Counted from the stretch's first letter, positions 36,559 to 46,833 are shown. The stretch: DNA of 64,000 nt from Gemmatimonas sp. (GCA_965279375.1 OZ257156.1:3072001-3136000); one strand, 5' to 3'. Translations and numbers: made by a program. Notes: generated by a model from the sequence alone, not told the origin.

Positions 36559-37071
36559 ATGAGCGGTCCCATTCATTTCGAGCCGGAACCGGGCGCACGA
36601 CCCGGCGCAGAAGCGACGATGCACGTGCCCAAGCCGGCACTCATCATGGCCGCTGCGCTCGTCGTGGTCGTCTTTGCGCTCGCCATCTCCGCGCGCGTGT
36701 TCGGATTCGGTGCATTCCGCGAGACCGCGTCCACCGTGCTTGCCGAGCGACAGCTCACGTTTACTGACGCGCCCGACGCCGGCATCATCGTGGAGGACGC
36801 CAAGACGCACACCGTCGCGGCACATCTGCCGCCGGCCAGCAACGGATTTCTGCGCGGTGCGTTGCGTGCGTTGACCCGCGCCCGCAATCTCGCCGGCATT
36901 GGCGCCGAACAGCCGTTCCGCCTCGTGCGCTACACCGACGGCCGCTTGGTGCTGCACGATCCGGCCACCACGCAGAGCGTCACCATCACGAGCTTCGGCC
37001 CGACGCAGATCGAAGCGTTCGACAAGCTGCTCGTGGTCGGACCGGAACCGCATCAGGTGTCGGCACACTAG
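36559..37071 (+). CDS. puhC: Photosynthetic complex assembly protein PuhC
   Basis: One TM helix; GFLRG.LR.L.R.R; PF.L....DGRL.L.DP.T; SFG. Confidence 0.9.
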   Translation: MSGPIHFEPEPGARPGAEATMHVPKPALIMAAALVVVVFALAISARVFGFGAFRETASTVLAERQLTFTDAPDAGIIVEDAKTHTVAAHLPPASNGFLRGALRALTRARNLAGIGAEQPFRLVRYTDGRLVLHDPATTQSVTITSFGPTQIEAFDKLLVVGPEPHQVSAH

Positions 37072-37134
37072 CGCCGCTGCTGGTCTGAGCTCTCGTCACT
37101 CCGCGTTGCGGATAGCGCGCGACTCCCGAGTACG

Positions 37135-37186
37135 ACAACATCACGCCACAGCATCTCGCCACAACATCGCGCCACAACATCACGCG
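37135..37186. repeat. Tandem repeat, 4 x 13 bp
   Basis: ACAACATCACGCC / ACAGCATCTCGCC / ACAACATCGCGCC / ACAACATCACGCG. Confidence 0.85.
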
Positions 37187-37193
37187 ACGGACG

Positions 37194-38960
37194 TCAACGG
37201 GATTCCCGCTGGCCCGTCGCGTTGACGTTTACGGTGCACGCGAGATCAGGCCCGGACCGCATGCGGCGGAAGAACACGATGCTCACCGTGAGCTGCAGTG
37301 ATCCGTCCGGCGGGAAACGTCCCGTGAGTCGCGTGATCAATGCCGTACTGGTGCGCGCCTGGTCCGGCATGATGCGGGGCGTCGACGCGAAGAACCCCTC
37401 GCGATCCACGTTGCTCGGGAATGTGTCGCCGCCATCGAAGGCAATCACCAGCGTGTCGGCGTTGGGCAGATGCAGGACCGTCGCGCGATCGACCGTCTGC
37501 GGCGCCCGCGTCCACACCGACGTACACTCCTTCGAGCCCACCGCAGTCGCTGCCCCGTAGCGCACGAGATAGCGACCGGCCACGCCGCGTGCGCGCATCC
37601 CGTTGTCGACCGCCGCCACGGCCGGCGCTTTCCCCTTCGCTCGAGCGTCGCGCGACGCCGACATCTCTGCGCCCGTCATCGTTGGCGCGCTGCCGGCGGC
37701 GCGGAAGCGCACCGTGCTGCCGAACTCGGTGATGATCTGCTCGACGTCGTCCTTTCGCACTTCATGGCGCAGGCCGGTGCGCATATCGCGAAATACAACC
37801 GTGCCGCTTCGCACGATGTCCACGCGCCCCACCATGCGCGTGCCGTCGGTCAGCACGAGCTCGTCGAATGCAACGTTGGTTGGGCGTGCCGGCGTGAGCG
37901 ACGTGGCGGCCGTCGGCACTGACGAGCCACTCGCGCGACGTGCCGGCTCCACGAACATCATTCGAGCGGAGTCCGCGCCGGATCCCGGGAGCGCGGCGCG
38001 CGTGATCGACGGGACACCCGGCGCTGCGCCCGCCGCAACGGCGCCCATTGCGTTTGCACTGAGCGGGGGCGCGGTCGCCAGCCCGGCGCGCGCGCTGTCG
38101 AGAATGGCCGCGCTCACTCCTGATGTGCGCTGCGTGCTGTCGGCATTCACAGCGGTATTCGCAGCGGTATTCGCAGCGCTGGTCGTCGCGCGCGACGTGA
38201 CGCTGTCCAGCGGCGCCGGTTCCGCCTGCGCGCGCGCGGCGAGTTCGCGTTCGGCCTTCCGATCCTGTCGAATGGACACGGCCATACGAGCGATGAACAG
38301 CAGATACGACGTGCCCGCGAGAATGACCATCGTGCGCACGAACTTGGGGCTCAGCGACGGCAGCGAGGTTGGACGCATCGGTGCCGATCCCCGCGCCATC
38401 GGTCGCGTCGTCGCGCGTGCGTTGGCGCGCGGCGCTGGACGCGCAGCGCTCACGCGCACAGGTGCGTTCGTCGCGCGCGGCGTGAGGGCACCTGCGCGAG
38501 GTGCACCGACCGCTGGGTTCGCTCCACTCGGCGCAACCGCCGCGCTGCGCGTTGGTGTGGACGATCGCTGTATCGTGACCGGGCTCGGCGGCTTGGGCGG
38601 TGGCGCAACGCGCAGCAACTCCTCGGGGATCACGCCAAGCGCGAACCCCCACGTCTCCGCGGCCCAGCGCGCCATCTCCGGCTGCACAAAGCGTTCGGCC
38701 GACCATCGCATCACGAACGGCGAGGAGAGTGCGTCCCATCGCGCCGATTCGAGCGGCTGGTCCGGCAGGCGCTCACGCCAACCGCGGCGAATCGCCTCTA
38801 GCAATAGTTCGGCGAGTGGCCGCGCGTCGCTCCCCGTCTCGTCCAGGAGGCGATTGCGAAAGAGCGCGAGCGACGCGTCATCCCATTCCGGCGTGCCTTG
38901 CGCCAGCAGCATGCGCAACGCGTCGCGCATGCGCGCACGCGGATCGGCGAAGGTGGTCAT
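37194..38960 (-). CDS. Hypothetical single-pass membrane protein (paralog of 39034..40341)
   Basis: N-terminal helical domain, Pro/Ala linker, TM segment (MVILAGTSYLLFIA), C-terminal beta-rich domain with two Cys. Confidence 0.7.
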   Translation of the reverse strand: MTTFADPRARMRDALRMLLAQGTPEWDDASLALFRNRLLDETGSDARPLAELLLEAIRRGWRERLPDQPLESARWDALSSPFVMRWSAERFVQPEMARWAAETWGFALGVIPEELLRVAPPPKPPSPVTIQRSSTPTRSAAVAPSGANPAVGAPRAGALTPRATNAPVRVSAARPAPRANARATTRPMARGSAPMRPTSLPSLSPKFVRTMVILAGTSYLLFIARMAVSIRQDRKAERELAARAQAEPAPLDSVTSRATTSAANTAANTAVNADSTQRTSGVSAAILDSARAGLATAPPLSANAMGAVAAGAAPGVPSITRAALPGSGADSARMMFVEPARRASGSSVPTAATSLTPARPTNVAFDELVLTDGTRMVGRVDIVRSGTVVFRDMRTGLRHEVRKDDVEQIITEFGSTVRFRAAGSAPTMTGAEMSASRDARAKGKAPAVAAVDNGMRARGVAGRYLVRYGAATAVGSKECTSVWTRAPQTVDRATVLHLPNADTLVIAFDGGDTFPSNVDREGFFASTPRIMPDQARTSTALITRLTGRFPPDGSLQLTVSIVFFRRMRSGPDLACTVNVNATGQRESR

Positions 38961-39033
38961 GCCGATGCACCCATGCACGCCAAGCATGGCGAACGACGCG
39001 CCGCAGCGCTGTGTGCTCGGACCAGAAGGCGCA

Positions 39034-40341
39034 TCATTCCGCCAGCCGCTCGCCGATCAGTTCAGCCACGATCGCGCACTCCTGTGTGCGCGCCCAGCGC
39101 AGAATCGCTGCGGTCGTCGTGTGCGTCTCGGCGATGAAGCCGTCGGGCGTGAAGCGGCCGCTCATGCGAAACTGCCACGTCACGCCGTCGGTGGTGCCGG
39201 TCATCGGCCCCGCGTCGAAGAACGCATCGGGCGTCAGTGAGCCCACCACATCGCGCGAGGCGAGCGTGAAGCTGAATGTGCCCGGCGTGTGCGTGATCAC
39301 TTCGACCGTTGTACGACCCTTCGCCAGCGCATCCGCGACGCGAGAGCAGCTCGGGCTCCCGGTCACCTGCACGCCGTGCTGCCGCACGCGGTAACGCCCG
39401 CCGACGCCACGCGAGATCAGATGCGGTCCGTCGAGTGGTGCCGAGACGGTTGGGGTGAGCGCCGCGATTTCGGCCGCCGTGGTCGGTGCGCCGGCGGTGG
39501 CCGGGATCGGTTGCATCGGGCCAACCGCCGCGACGCCGATCGAGTCCGCGGTGCTGCCCGCAGAGACCACGGGCAATCCTGCGGTCGCCGCTACAGAGTC
39601 CGTCTTGCGACCCGACAACGCGAAGTACGCCGCAACAAAAACGCCGACCGCCGCGAACGCGATGGCCCCCAGCGACCAGCGCTCGAGGCGACGCAGCTGC
39701 GCGAGTTGTGCGGCATTCATCGCCGGCGAGAGCGTGCGCCAACGCGGTCGTACCGCGCGCGCCATGGCCGGATGCGCCATCGCCGGGTGCGGCGTGTTCA
39801 GCGTGGCAAAGGGTGCACTTGGCGTCGCGCGCGCCCCAAACTTCGAGCGCTTGGGTGCCGGTGGCGGCAGCGGCACCGGCCGCGCGTACGGTGCCGTGCG
39901 CGGCGGAGGTGCCGTGGCCGCCCCACCGATCGACGGCGCGTGGCTGGCGGCGGATGCGTTCGCTGTTGACGCACCGTCGGACGCCATTGCGAGCGCTGGC
40001 TGCACGATCTGCGTCGGCGCCACATCGAGCGCGGCTCCCCAGGCGTCCACCAGCCACCGTGCGACATCGGGCTGCAGATAGCGCGTCGCCACGAGCTGGT
40101 GCACCAGCGGTGCGCGGCGCGTGTCCCACGGTGCACGCACGTCCTGTCGCTGCAGTCGAGGACGCACGAGTGCGCCAGTGGACAGCAACAGGTCCACGAG
40201 CGGTCGATGATCACTGCCGCACTCGTCGAGCAGCAGATTCAGGAACTGCGACGGCGCCGTGTCGAGTAGCGCCGCGTGTGCGCGATACGTCGTCGCGAGC
40301 GCGCTCGCCGTGCGCAGGAAGGCGTCGTGGGCGCTCGACAC
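39034..40341 (-). CDS. Hypothetical single-pass membrane protein (paralog of 37194..38960)
   Basis: Shares LLDE.GSD.RPL..LLL, QP..ARW....WG.AL.V and RGV.GRY.VR......GS..C with the downstream gene; TM LGAIAFAAVGVFVAAYFAL. Confidence 0.7.
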   Translation of the reverse strand: MSSAHDAFLRTASALATTYRAHAALLDTAPSQFLNLLLDECGSDHRPLVDLLLSTGALVRPRLQRQDVRAPWDTRRAPLVHQLVATRYLQPDVARWLVDAWGAALDVAPTQIVQPALAMASDGASTANASAASHAPSIGGAATAPPPRTAPYARPVPLPPPAPKRSKFGARATPSAPFATLNTPHPAMAHPAMARAVRPRWRTLSPAMNAAQLAQLRRLERWSLGAIAFAAVGVFVAAYFALSGRKTDSVAATAGLPVVSAGSTADSIGVAAVGPMQPIPATAGAPTTAAEIAALTPTVSAPLDGPHLISRGVGGRYRVRQHGVQVTGSPSCSRVADALAKGRTTVEVITHTPGTFSFTLASRDVVGSLTPDAFFDAGPMTGTTDGVTWQFRMSGRFTPDGFIAETHTTTAAILRWARTQECAIVAELIGERLAE

Positions 40342-40350
40342 GCGATGTGC

Positions 40351-41787
40351 CTAGTGCAAGACGTCGATGCGCAGGACGCGCGCCGGCAACTCATCGCCGA
40401 TGCGCACCGTGAGCCCCGGCAGACACTCCAACGACGCATTGCGACCCACCACCGTTCCTCTCGACGGCCCGTCGAGCACATGCCACGGCGTATCGCTCGT
40501 GTTCACCATCCACCACTTCCCGCCATGCTGCGCCACGTAGCCGCGCGCATCGCGAATCGCGCGCTCGTTGGGCAGCACTCCGCTCTTGAGGTGCCAGTCG
40601 TGCAGCGCGAGATGATGCCAGAACACCGTCACATCACCTTCGTCCACGATGCCCGTGCCCGTGTCACGCAGATTGCGCGCGACGATGACCGGCGCCGAGA
40701 TGCGCTCATCGCCGCGCATGGACGTCAACGGCAGCCCGGGGCCCAGCAGCGTCCACTGTCCGGAGGGCAGGGGATAGACCAGCTGCATGGTGCGATAGAG
40801 CGCGAGCTCCCACTCGGCGGCATCCGCGCGACGATCGGGCGCATGCAATCCGTCCACGAACGTCTGCGTGAAGCAGCGCGTGAGATAGGGTCCGAGTCGC
40901 GTGAACGGAATCTGGATCGGTTGCGACGGAGGATTTCGGCGGTCGGTGGGATGCTCCACGAACAGCGCCTTCGCGCCCATCGAGAGTTGCTCGTCTTCTT
41001 CGGCCGAGCGCGTGCTGTTGACGCGCTTGCCCTGCAACGGATGCCGCTGCAGCAGCAGTTCGTAGAGCAGCACGGCCAGTGCGTGCTTGTCCGTCGCAAT
41101 CGACGGCTGCGCCTTGTTGGCCAGCACTTCGGGCGCGATGTATCCCGGCGTGCCCAGTACCGATGGCGGTGCGACGCCCGGCACCACGAGCGAGTCGATG
41201 TCGATGATGCACGCCTCGCCGCCCTTGGGATCCACGAGCACGTTCTTGTTCGACAGGTCCGCGTGCGCGAGACCAGCCATGTGCAGGCGACGCACCGCAC
41301 GCGCCAACCGCACGCCGATTTGCAAGCGCGTCAGCAGCGTGCCCGCCTCGGCGGCGGGCACGAACTTCGACGCCTTGCCGCCGGAGAACCAGCGCACCTC
41401 CTTCTCCTGGCGCTGTCCGAAGCGATCGGTGAAGTAGAACGTCGGCTTGTACGTGGGCGTGACGACGGCGAGCGGCGGCCACACGAGTTGCTGGCGACGC
41501 GCGAACTCGAGCGGAATCGCGTTGGCGCCATCCACCATGCCCACTGGCCAGCAGAAGTACGGCATCCAGTACGCGCCGTTGGTGGCGAGCGTCGGATTGT
41601 AGTTGGTGAGAATGCGCGTCAGCCGATCGACGCGCTCACGTCGATCGGAGAGATGGCCGTAGAAAAAGCCGACTGCGTGTTGCCGATCGCGCGTGAGAAA
41701 CACGCGCTTCTCGGCGCCGGTGCCGACGGGCTCGTCCTCGATCTGGAGGACACGCCCGTCGGTTAAACGGACGGCGACGACGCCCAT
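40351..41787 (-). CDS. Ser/Thr protein kinase of the TerY-associated (YegI-like) type, possible FHA-like C-terminus
   Basis: GTGAEK, YFCWP, HADLSNKNVL, IIDIDS, GTPGYIAPE, DKHALAVLLYELL. Confidence 0.85.
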   Translation of the reverse strand: MGVVAVRLTDGRVLQIEDEPVGTGAEKRVFLTRDRQHAVGFFYGHLSDRRERVDRLTRILTNYNPTLATNGAYWMPYFCWPVGMVDGANAIPLEFARRQQLVWPPLAVVTPTYKPTFYFTDRFGQRQEKEVRWFSGGKASKFVPAAEAGTLLTRLQIGVRLARAVRRLHMAGLAHADLSNKNVLVDPKGGEACIIDIDSLVVPGVAPPSVLGTPGYIAPEVLANKAQPSIATDKHALAVLLYELLLQRHPLQGKRVNSTRSAEEDEQLSMGAKALFVEHPTDRRNPPSQPIQIPFTRLGPYLTRCFTQTFVDGLHAPDRRADAAEWELALYRTMQLVYPLPSGQWTLLGPGLPLTSMRGDERISAPVIVARNLRDTGTGIVDEGDVTVFWHHLALHDWHLKSGVLPNERAIRDARGYVAQHGGKWWMVNTSDTPWHVLDGPSRGTVVGRNASLECLPGLTVRIGDELPARVLRIDVLH

Positions 41788-42794
41788 GCGACGAACAGCG
41801 TACGGTCATCGTTCTCGCCGCGCTTCTCGAAGGCGAGCCACTCCATCAACGCATGCACCGGATCGGGCGCGCCAAACACAGTCGCGCGAAAGCCGGGAGT
41901 CACGCCGGCCGCGTTGGCCGTCGCCTCGGTCACGCCCTCGCGCAGCTGCGCGACGATTGCCGGCGCATGGCGCGCGAACGGATACCACGGATCTTCCACG
42001 CCATCGGTGGCCAGCACGATCACCGGCCAGTCGGCCAGCGCGCGCACCGCGACCGACGCGCTCAACCGCTCCGAGGCGCCGTCGTCGGGAAGGAAATGCG
42101 TGACTTCCCCGGAGAACTCGCCCGAGTCACCTGCGTGCGGCGAGGTCGCCGTGCCGTCCGCGCCAATCAGTGCGAGCCCACCGTCCCCGACCTGCATGGT
42201 GGCCAGCTGCGCTCCATGCGCCGCCGCCAACAGCAGCGTGGTGCGAAGGTCGCGTAGCGCGAGTCCTGCCAACTCCGAGAACTGGCGCATCGCCAGGTTG
42301 GCGGCCGCTCCAGCGCGCTGCATCGCCTCTCCCATCGCCTCCGCCGGTGCAGCGCCGTGGTGCAGGGCGTCACGAAGGGCGTGCGTGGCCACATGCGTGG
42401 CAATCGCCGATCCGATACGACTCCACGGCGCGGAGCCTGCGCCGTCGGCCACCGCGGCGCACCAGCCACCGGAAAAGGTGAGCAACGCGGCGGCGTCTTC
42501 GCGATGCTCGCCGCGATGCGCGTGCAGCTTGCCGCGGCGCGACGCGGCGAGCAGAGACCACGGACCGGATGCGGCGCGGGTGCCCGTCGCTTCGAGCAGC
42601 ACGCCAGAAGGCGCCTGCGTCGCGTCAGGAGGCCGCAAACCGGGCGCAACGGCTCCGAGGTGCGCTAGCCACTCTTCGGGGCACCACGGCGATTCTGGGG
42701 CGTTTGTGGCCCACGTCGCGCGCGGCGGTGCGACCTCTGTCGGAGCGGGAGCCTGCTCGGCGCCCGCTCCGGTCGGTGTTTCGGGTGCGGTCAC
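41763..42794 (-). CDS. PP2C-family phosphatase (YegK-like)
   Basis: RG..H......RED, VADGAGS...S..GS, TTLL, VGDG, ATDG, DDRT. Confidence 0.88.
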   Translation of the reverse strand: MTAPETPTGAGAEQAPAPTEVAPPRATWATNAPESPWCPEEWLAHLGAVAPGLRPPDATQAPSGVLLEATGTRAASGPWSLLAASRRGKLHAHRGEHREDAAALLTFSGGWCAAVADGAGSAPWSRIGSAIATHVATHALRDALHHGAAPAEAMGEAMQRAGAAANLAMRQFSELAGLALRDLRTTLLLAAAHGAQLATMQVGDGGLALIGADGTATSPHAGDSGEFSGEVTHFLPDDGASERLSASVAVRALADWPVIVLATDGVEDPWYPFARHAPAIVAQLREGVTEATANAAGVTPGFRATVFGAPDPVHALMEWLAFEKRGENDDRTLFVAWASSPSV

Positions 42795-42797
42795 GCG

Positions 42798-43439
42798 TCA
42801 GGGAACGATCGTGATGCCCGGCGGCGGCGGCGGGAGCGTGATCCCTGCGCCATCGCCAAGGGCGCCCACCTTCGCGCTCGTCTGCTTGACGGACGCGGAA
42901 ACGAAGCGGAAGAACGCCTTGAACGCGTCGGGGGACATGTCCTGCATCTGGATGACGCTTTCGGTGACCTGCTTGAGCACCGACGTGTCGGCCTGATCGC
43001 CGCAGGCGACGGCGATGATGTTGGCCGGCCGGCGATCGCGCAGCTGCTGTGCGTACATGGGCCACTCGGTGTCCGTCGGCGCACCGTCCGACAGAATGAA
43101 CACGAGCGGGCGCCAGTCACCCTTCACTTCGGCGGTCGTGCGCACCAGCTCGCGATCGAAGACGTCGAGCAGCATGCGGAGACCATCGCCAAAGTGTGTG
43201 TTGCCGCTGGCGACGAGGTCCGGCGGATTGAACGCGGCCACTTCGGTCAGGGGCACGAGCTGCTGTGCGCTGTTGGAGAACGTCAGCACCGAGAGGTACG
43301 CGCTTTCGATAGCCTGCGGATCGCCGAGCAGGTCGCGATGCAGCTGTCGGATACCTGACTTGACGGACTCGATGGGCGTGCCCTGCATCGAGCCGGAGAC
43401 ATCGGCGAGGATGTAGACGGGAAGGCGGCGGGTAGACAC
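42798..43439 (-). CDS. terY: TerY-type vWA domain protein (YegL-like)
   Basis: RRLPVY.L.DVSGSM MIDAS motif, KGDWRPLVF..SDG.PTD, FF..VSAS, C-terminal LPPPP. Confidence 0.88.
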   Translation of the reverse strand: MSTRRLPVYILADVSGSMQGTPIESVKSGIRQLHRDLLGDPQAIESAYLSVLTFSNSAQQLVPLTEVAAFNPPDLVASGNTHFGDGLRMLLDVFDRELVRTTAEVKGDWRPLVFILSDGAPTDTEWPMYAQQLRDRRPANIIAVACGDQADTSVLKQVTESVIQMQDMSPDAFKAFFRFVSASVKQTSAKVGALGDGAGITLPPPPPGITIVP

Positions 43440-43650
43440 GGTCTCGGAGGTCGGAAGGGGACGGCGTGCCGTGCGAGCGCAGCACGGTCTGAGGGAAGCT
43501 TATCGCGGTGTGGGCATGAACGCCGCCGACCGCGCATTCGGTTTCGTCGAATGTCGTCGCCGGCGCAGCGCCGGTTCGTCGATCGATTGTCGTTCGTCTT
43601 GCTACGCATCGCGCGCTGTCGTGGATCCGCGAAGCCCCCGGAACGCAAGA

Positions 43651-43676
43651 CCCCGTGACGCCGAAGCGCCACGGGG
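43651..43676 (-). terminator. Hairpin terminator downstream of pufC
   Basis: Minus-strand RNA CCCCGUGGCG-CUUCGG-CGUCACGGGG followed by UCUUGCGUU; cUUCGg loop, weak U tract. Confidence 0.65.
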
Positions 43677-43736
43677 CCGGGCCGCGCGGTAGGCCAGTGG
43701 CCAGATGCGCAGCTAGGAGCGATGCAACGTCGTGCT

Positions 43737-44867
43737 CTAGCGCGTCCCGCCAGCCGGTCCGCCGGTCGCCGTGCCGGTGCTCGGCGCGGACGGTCCCTTG
43801 GCGGAGCTCTTCACGGCGGGAGCAACGGTCGGAGCAGGCAGCGCATTGAGCGCGCTGTCGACTGCCGGCGTCGCGGCCGTGCCAATGCCCTTGAACGGCA
43901 CGCCATTCCACTCGGAACGTCCCCACAGAGCCGGATAGTGCTTGGCCATCTGGGCCGCGTAGAGCGGCTTGTAGTTGCCGTTGTGGCACGTCAGGCACTG
44001 CGCCTTGGGCGCGTCACCCATCGTGCCGAGGCGAACCGACGGATAGACGGGCTGCAGCGGCGAGAGGTAGTTCGTGTTCAGGTCTCGCAGCATCAGGATG
44101 CCGTGCATCGCCGTCACGCGCTGTGGCGGTGCCTGCGTCCAGCTCGCGAACTGGCGGGTGTTGTGGCAGTACGTGCAGTTGACGCCGAGCGACTTGGACT
44201 GGCTCATCATCAGTGCATACGTCCACTCCGCCTGCTTGACCGAGCTGCGATTCGCGTTGGACGGAGCCAGTGCCTGCGTAATGACGCGGGCGCCATCGCG
44301 ATCGAGGTAGTGCCGCAGGTAGTCGTTCTGATCGGAGTAGAACCACAGTCCGTTCGGAAGCGGCTTGCCCAGGTGGCACGTGTAGCAGGTAACGCCGGTG
44401 TTCTTGACGTGCGCCGAGTACTGACCGTTGATCTGCCGCGTCATCTGCAGCATGCGGCGTGCGACCAGCTTGGTGTAGATCGGCTTGCCGTTCGCGAGCG
44501 TGTCGTCGGCCAGATTGGCGACGTTGTGGCAGTAGGCGCAGTTACCCGTGCCGGCCACCCAGGTGCTCATCGCCGTCATCGTGCGGAGAAATTCCGTCGG
44601 GGAGACGTCGTTCAACACCTGCACGTTCCGCCAGGGAAGCGGACCCGGAGGAGACTCCCCTGCCGGTGGCAGGGGATCCGGGATCTTCACCTGCTTGAAC
44701 TTCTCCATCACTTCGCTGTGCCGGTAATTCTGCTCCATGGCGACGCCGCGGTAGCCGACCTGCACACTGTCGGTCTTGTTGTCTTCGATGCAGGCACCGA
44801 GCGACAGCAGCAGGACAGGGGCAGCCGACAGCGCCGTGGCGCGCAGGCGATGCGAGAACGACCTCAT
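43737..44867 (-). CDS. pufC: Reaction-centre-bound tetraheme cytochrome c (probable lipoprotein)
   Basis: Four CxxCH motifs (CAYCH, CYTCH, CTYCH, CLTCH); lipobox [15 protein letters not shown]. Confidence 0.96.
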   Translation of the reverse strand: MRSFSHRLRATALSAAPVLLLSLGACIEDNKTDSVQVGYRGVAMEQNYRHSEVMEKFKQVKIPDPLPPAGESPPGPLPWRNVQVLNDVSPTEFLRTMTAMSTWVAGTGNCAYCHNVANLADDTLANGKPIYTKLVARRMLQMTRQINGQYSAHVKNTGVTCYTCHLGKPLPNGLWFYSDQNDYLRHYLDRDGARVITQALAPSNANRSSVKQAEWTYALMMSQSKSLGVNCTYCHNTRQFASWTQAPPQRVTAMHGILMLRDLNTNYLSPLQPVYPSVRLGTMGDAPKAQCLTCHNGNYKPLYAAQMAKHYPALWGRSEWNGVPFKGIGTAATPAVDSALNALPAPTVAPAVKSSAKGPSAPSTGTATGGPAGGTR

Positions 44868-45994
44868 GGGATCCTCCGGGCGCCAGCAGAATCCGGCGTC
44901 ACAGCGGCGGTGGAGTCCGCCTTCTTGGTGGTGTCGGAGGGCACCGCCATGACCGTGCTGTCGAGCATCATCGGTGCAACCGGCGCGTTGTACAACGGGA
45001 ACGAATCCGGAGCCGTGCCCTGATACCGGCCGCGCAGCAGCTGCTGCTGTTCCGGTGTCAGCGTGTTCTGCGCGGGATAGGCCGAAACCAGTCCGTGCTT
45101 CACGCCCCAGAGATACCAGTTGTCAACGACCGTGCCCGTGAGAAGGATCCCGATGCCACCGGTGAAGGTGGTGAGCACCGCGAACCACCACGACCAGCGG
45201 TGAATCGATTCCATCGTGGCGTTGAAGCCCATCGTCCAGCGCCAGAAGAGCATCGAGCGTTCCGCAGCCGTACCACGATCGGTGATCTGTTCGATTTCGC
45301 GTTCGCCGCCCAAGCGGGCCACCGCGAGAATCGTCGCACCGTGCATGGCGAAGAGCACCGCGCTGCCGTACAGGAACACGATCGAGAGCGCGTGGAACGG
45401 GTTGTAGTACAGGTTGCCGTAGCGAATCGAGAACGCCGACGTCCAATCGAGGTGCGGGAAGATGCCGAAGGGCACCATCTCGCTCCAGCTGCCGACCAAC
45501 AGCGGCTGGAAGAAGAACGCCAGGTACAGGAAGATCGCGGAGGCGAACGCCCAGGGCAGATGCGTGCCCATGTTCAACTGCGTCGCACGGCGGTACACGC
45601 GAACCCACCAGAGGAGGATGCTGATCGTCAGGAAGAACCCGGCCATCAGATACCAGCCACCCTGATTCAGCGGCGGGATGTGCAGTCCGTACTGCGGTGG
45701 AGGTGGCTCAAGCGCGAGCCACGGCAGCTGCCGAATGAACTCGCCCGGGCTCCATCCCACCGACCGCCACATGTTCAACCCGATGATCTCGAAGGCCATG
45801 AAGCCGAAGAGCAACGAGAAGACGCCAGCGGTGCCGAGATAGATCGGGCCGAACTGCGCGTCGCCGAACTTGCCGGCCAGCGACGAGAAGAAGCCCTTGC
45901 CGAAGCGAACGTCCGGCGAGCCGGGAATCGGGAGCCCTTGTTCCGGAAGCGTCCGGACCTGGACACGCGTGAAGAGGTTCTGGTACTCGAGCAT
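44864..45994 (-). CDS. pufM: Reaction centre M subunit with ~70-aa C-terminal extension
   Basis: [51 protein letters not shown]. Confidence 0.98.
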   Translation of the reverse strand: MLEYQNLFTRVQVRTLPEQGLPIPGSPDVRFGKGFFSSLAGKFGDAQFGPIYLGTAGVFSLLFGFMAFEIIGLNMWRSVGWSPGEFIRQLPWLALEPPPPQYGLHIPPLNQGGWYLMAGFFLTISILLWWVRVYRRATQLNMGTHLPWAFASAIFLYLAFFFQPLLVGSWSEMVPFGIFPHLDWTSAFSIRYGNLYYNPFHALSIVFLYGSAVLFAMHGATILAVARLGGEREIEQITDRGTAAERSMLFWRWTMGFNATMESIHRWSWWFAVLTTFTGGIGILLTGTVVDNWYLWGVKHGLVSAYPAQNTLTPEQQQLLRGRYQGTAPDSFPLYNAPVAPMMLDSTVMAVPSDTTKKADSTAAVTPDSAGARRIP

Positions 45995-46008
45995 GTGATT
46001 ACCTGTCC

Positions 46009-46833
46009 TCAGCGCCAGATCGGAAGATTAAGCCACCAGCCCCACCACTCGGGCCAGCCCTTCGTCCAGAAGGGACCGGAGATCACGATGCAGATGGCAC
46101 TCCAGATGGCCGCGCTCATCGCGAGGAAGAGCCCCAGCCGATGGATACCGATCGCGCCGATCGAGTAGCCGAGCAGATCGCGGAAGAAGACGTTTTCAGT
46201 TTCGCTCGTGCCGACCGGCGTCCCCTTCTTCGGATTGGTCACTGACAGAATCAGCGAGCCGTGCATCGCCAGCGCGAGGCAGTTCGTGAAGAAGAAGGTC
46301 ACGGCGATCATGTGCGCCGGATTGTAGTGGAAGTGGAGATACTGGTACCCCACATTCGACACCCAATCCAGATGCGAGAAGATGCCGTAGGGGAATCCAT
46401 GGCCCCATGCACCCATCAGCAACGGTCGAATAACCACCAGCGTGACGTAGGCCAGCACTGCGGCGCCATACGCCCAGGGGATATGCATCCCCATGCCAAG
46501 CTTTCGGCTGATCTCGGCCTGACGCAGCGCCCAGCTACCGAATGCACCCACGGCACAGATGGTGATGATCTGCCACAGACCTCCTTCGCGCAGAGGCGCG
46601 AAGCCGAGCCCGTACTTCAGGTCGGGTGGGGCGATGGAGATCTGCCAGAGGTTCCACGTCGGTCCCATTGCCGCGCCCCAAACACAGAGCATGGTGCCGA
46701 GCAGAATGAAAAAGATTGCCGAAACACCAAAAAAGCCCACGTAAAACGGACCGAACCAGAAATCAAAAAGATCTCCGCCAATCAGCGTTCCACCGCGGAC
46801 TCGATATTTCTTTTCAAAACTGAGCATCGCCAT
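46009..46833 (-). CDS. pufL: Reaction centre L subunit
   Basis: [45 protein letters not shown]. Confidence 0.98.
   Translation of the reverse strand: MAMLSFEKKYRVRGGTLIGGDLFDFWFGPFYVGFFGVSAIFFILLGTMLCVWGAAMGPTWNLWQISIAPPDLKYGLGFAPLREGGLWQIITICAVGAFGSWALRQAEISRKLGMGMHIPWAYGAAVLAYVTLVVIRPLLMGAWGHGFPYGIFSHLDWVSNVGYQYLHFHYNPAHMIAVTFFFTNCLALAMHGSLILSVTNPKKGTPVGTSETENVFFRDLLGYSIGAIGIHRLGLFLAMSAAIWSAICIVISGPFWTKGWPEWWGWWLNLPIWR

Noticed and set aside
37135..37186. CRISPR array
   Set aside because: Units are 13 bp with no spacers, and no cas genes are present
37194..43439. The insert as an autonomous mobile element
   Set aside because: No integrase, transposase or terminal repeats seen, and composition looks host-like by eye
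43440..43736. pufX or another small RC gene after pufC
   Set aside because: No convincing short ORF with a TM helix and RBS seen; the region holds a terminator-like hairpin
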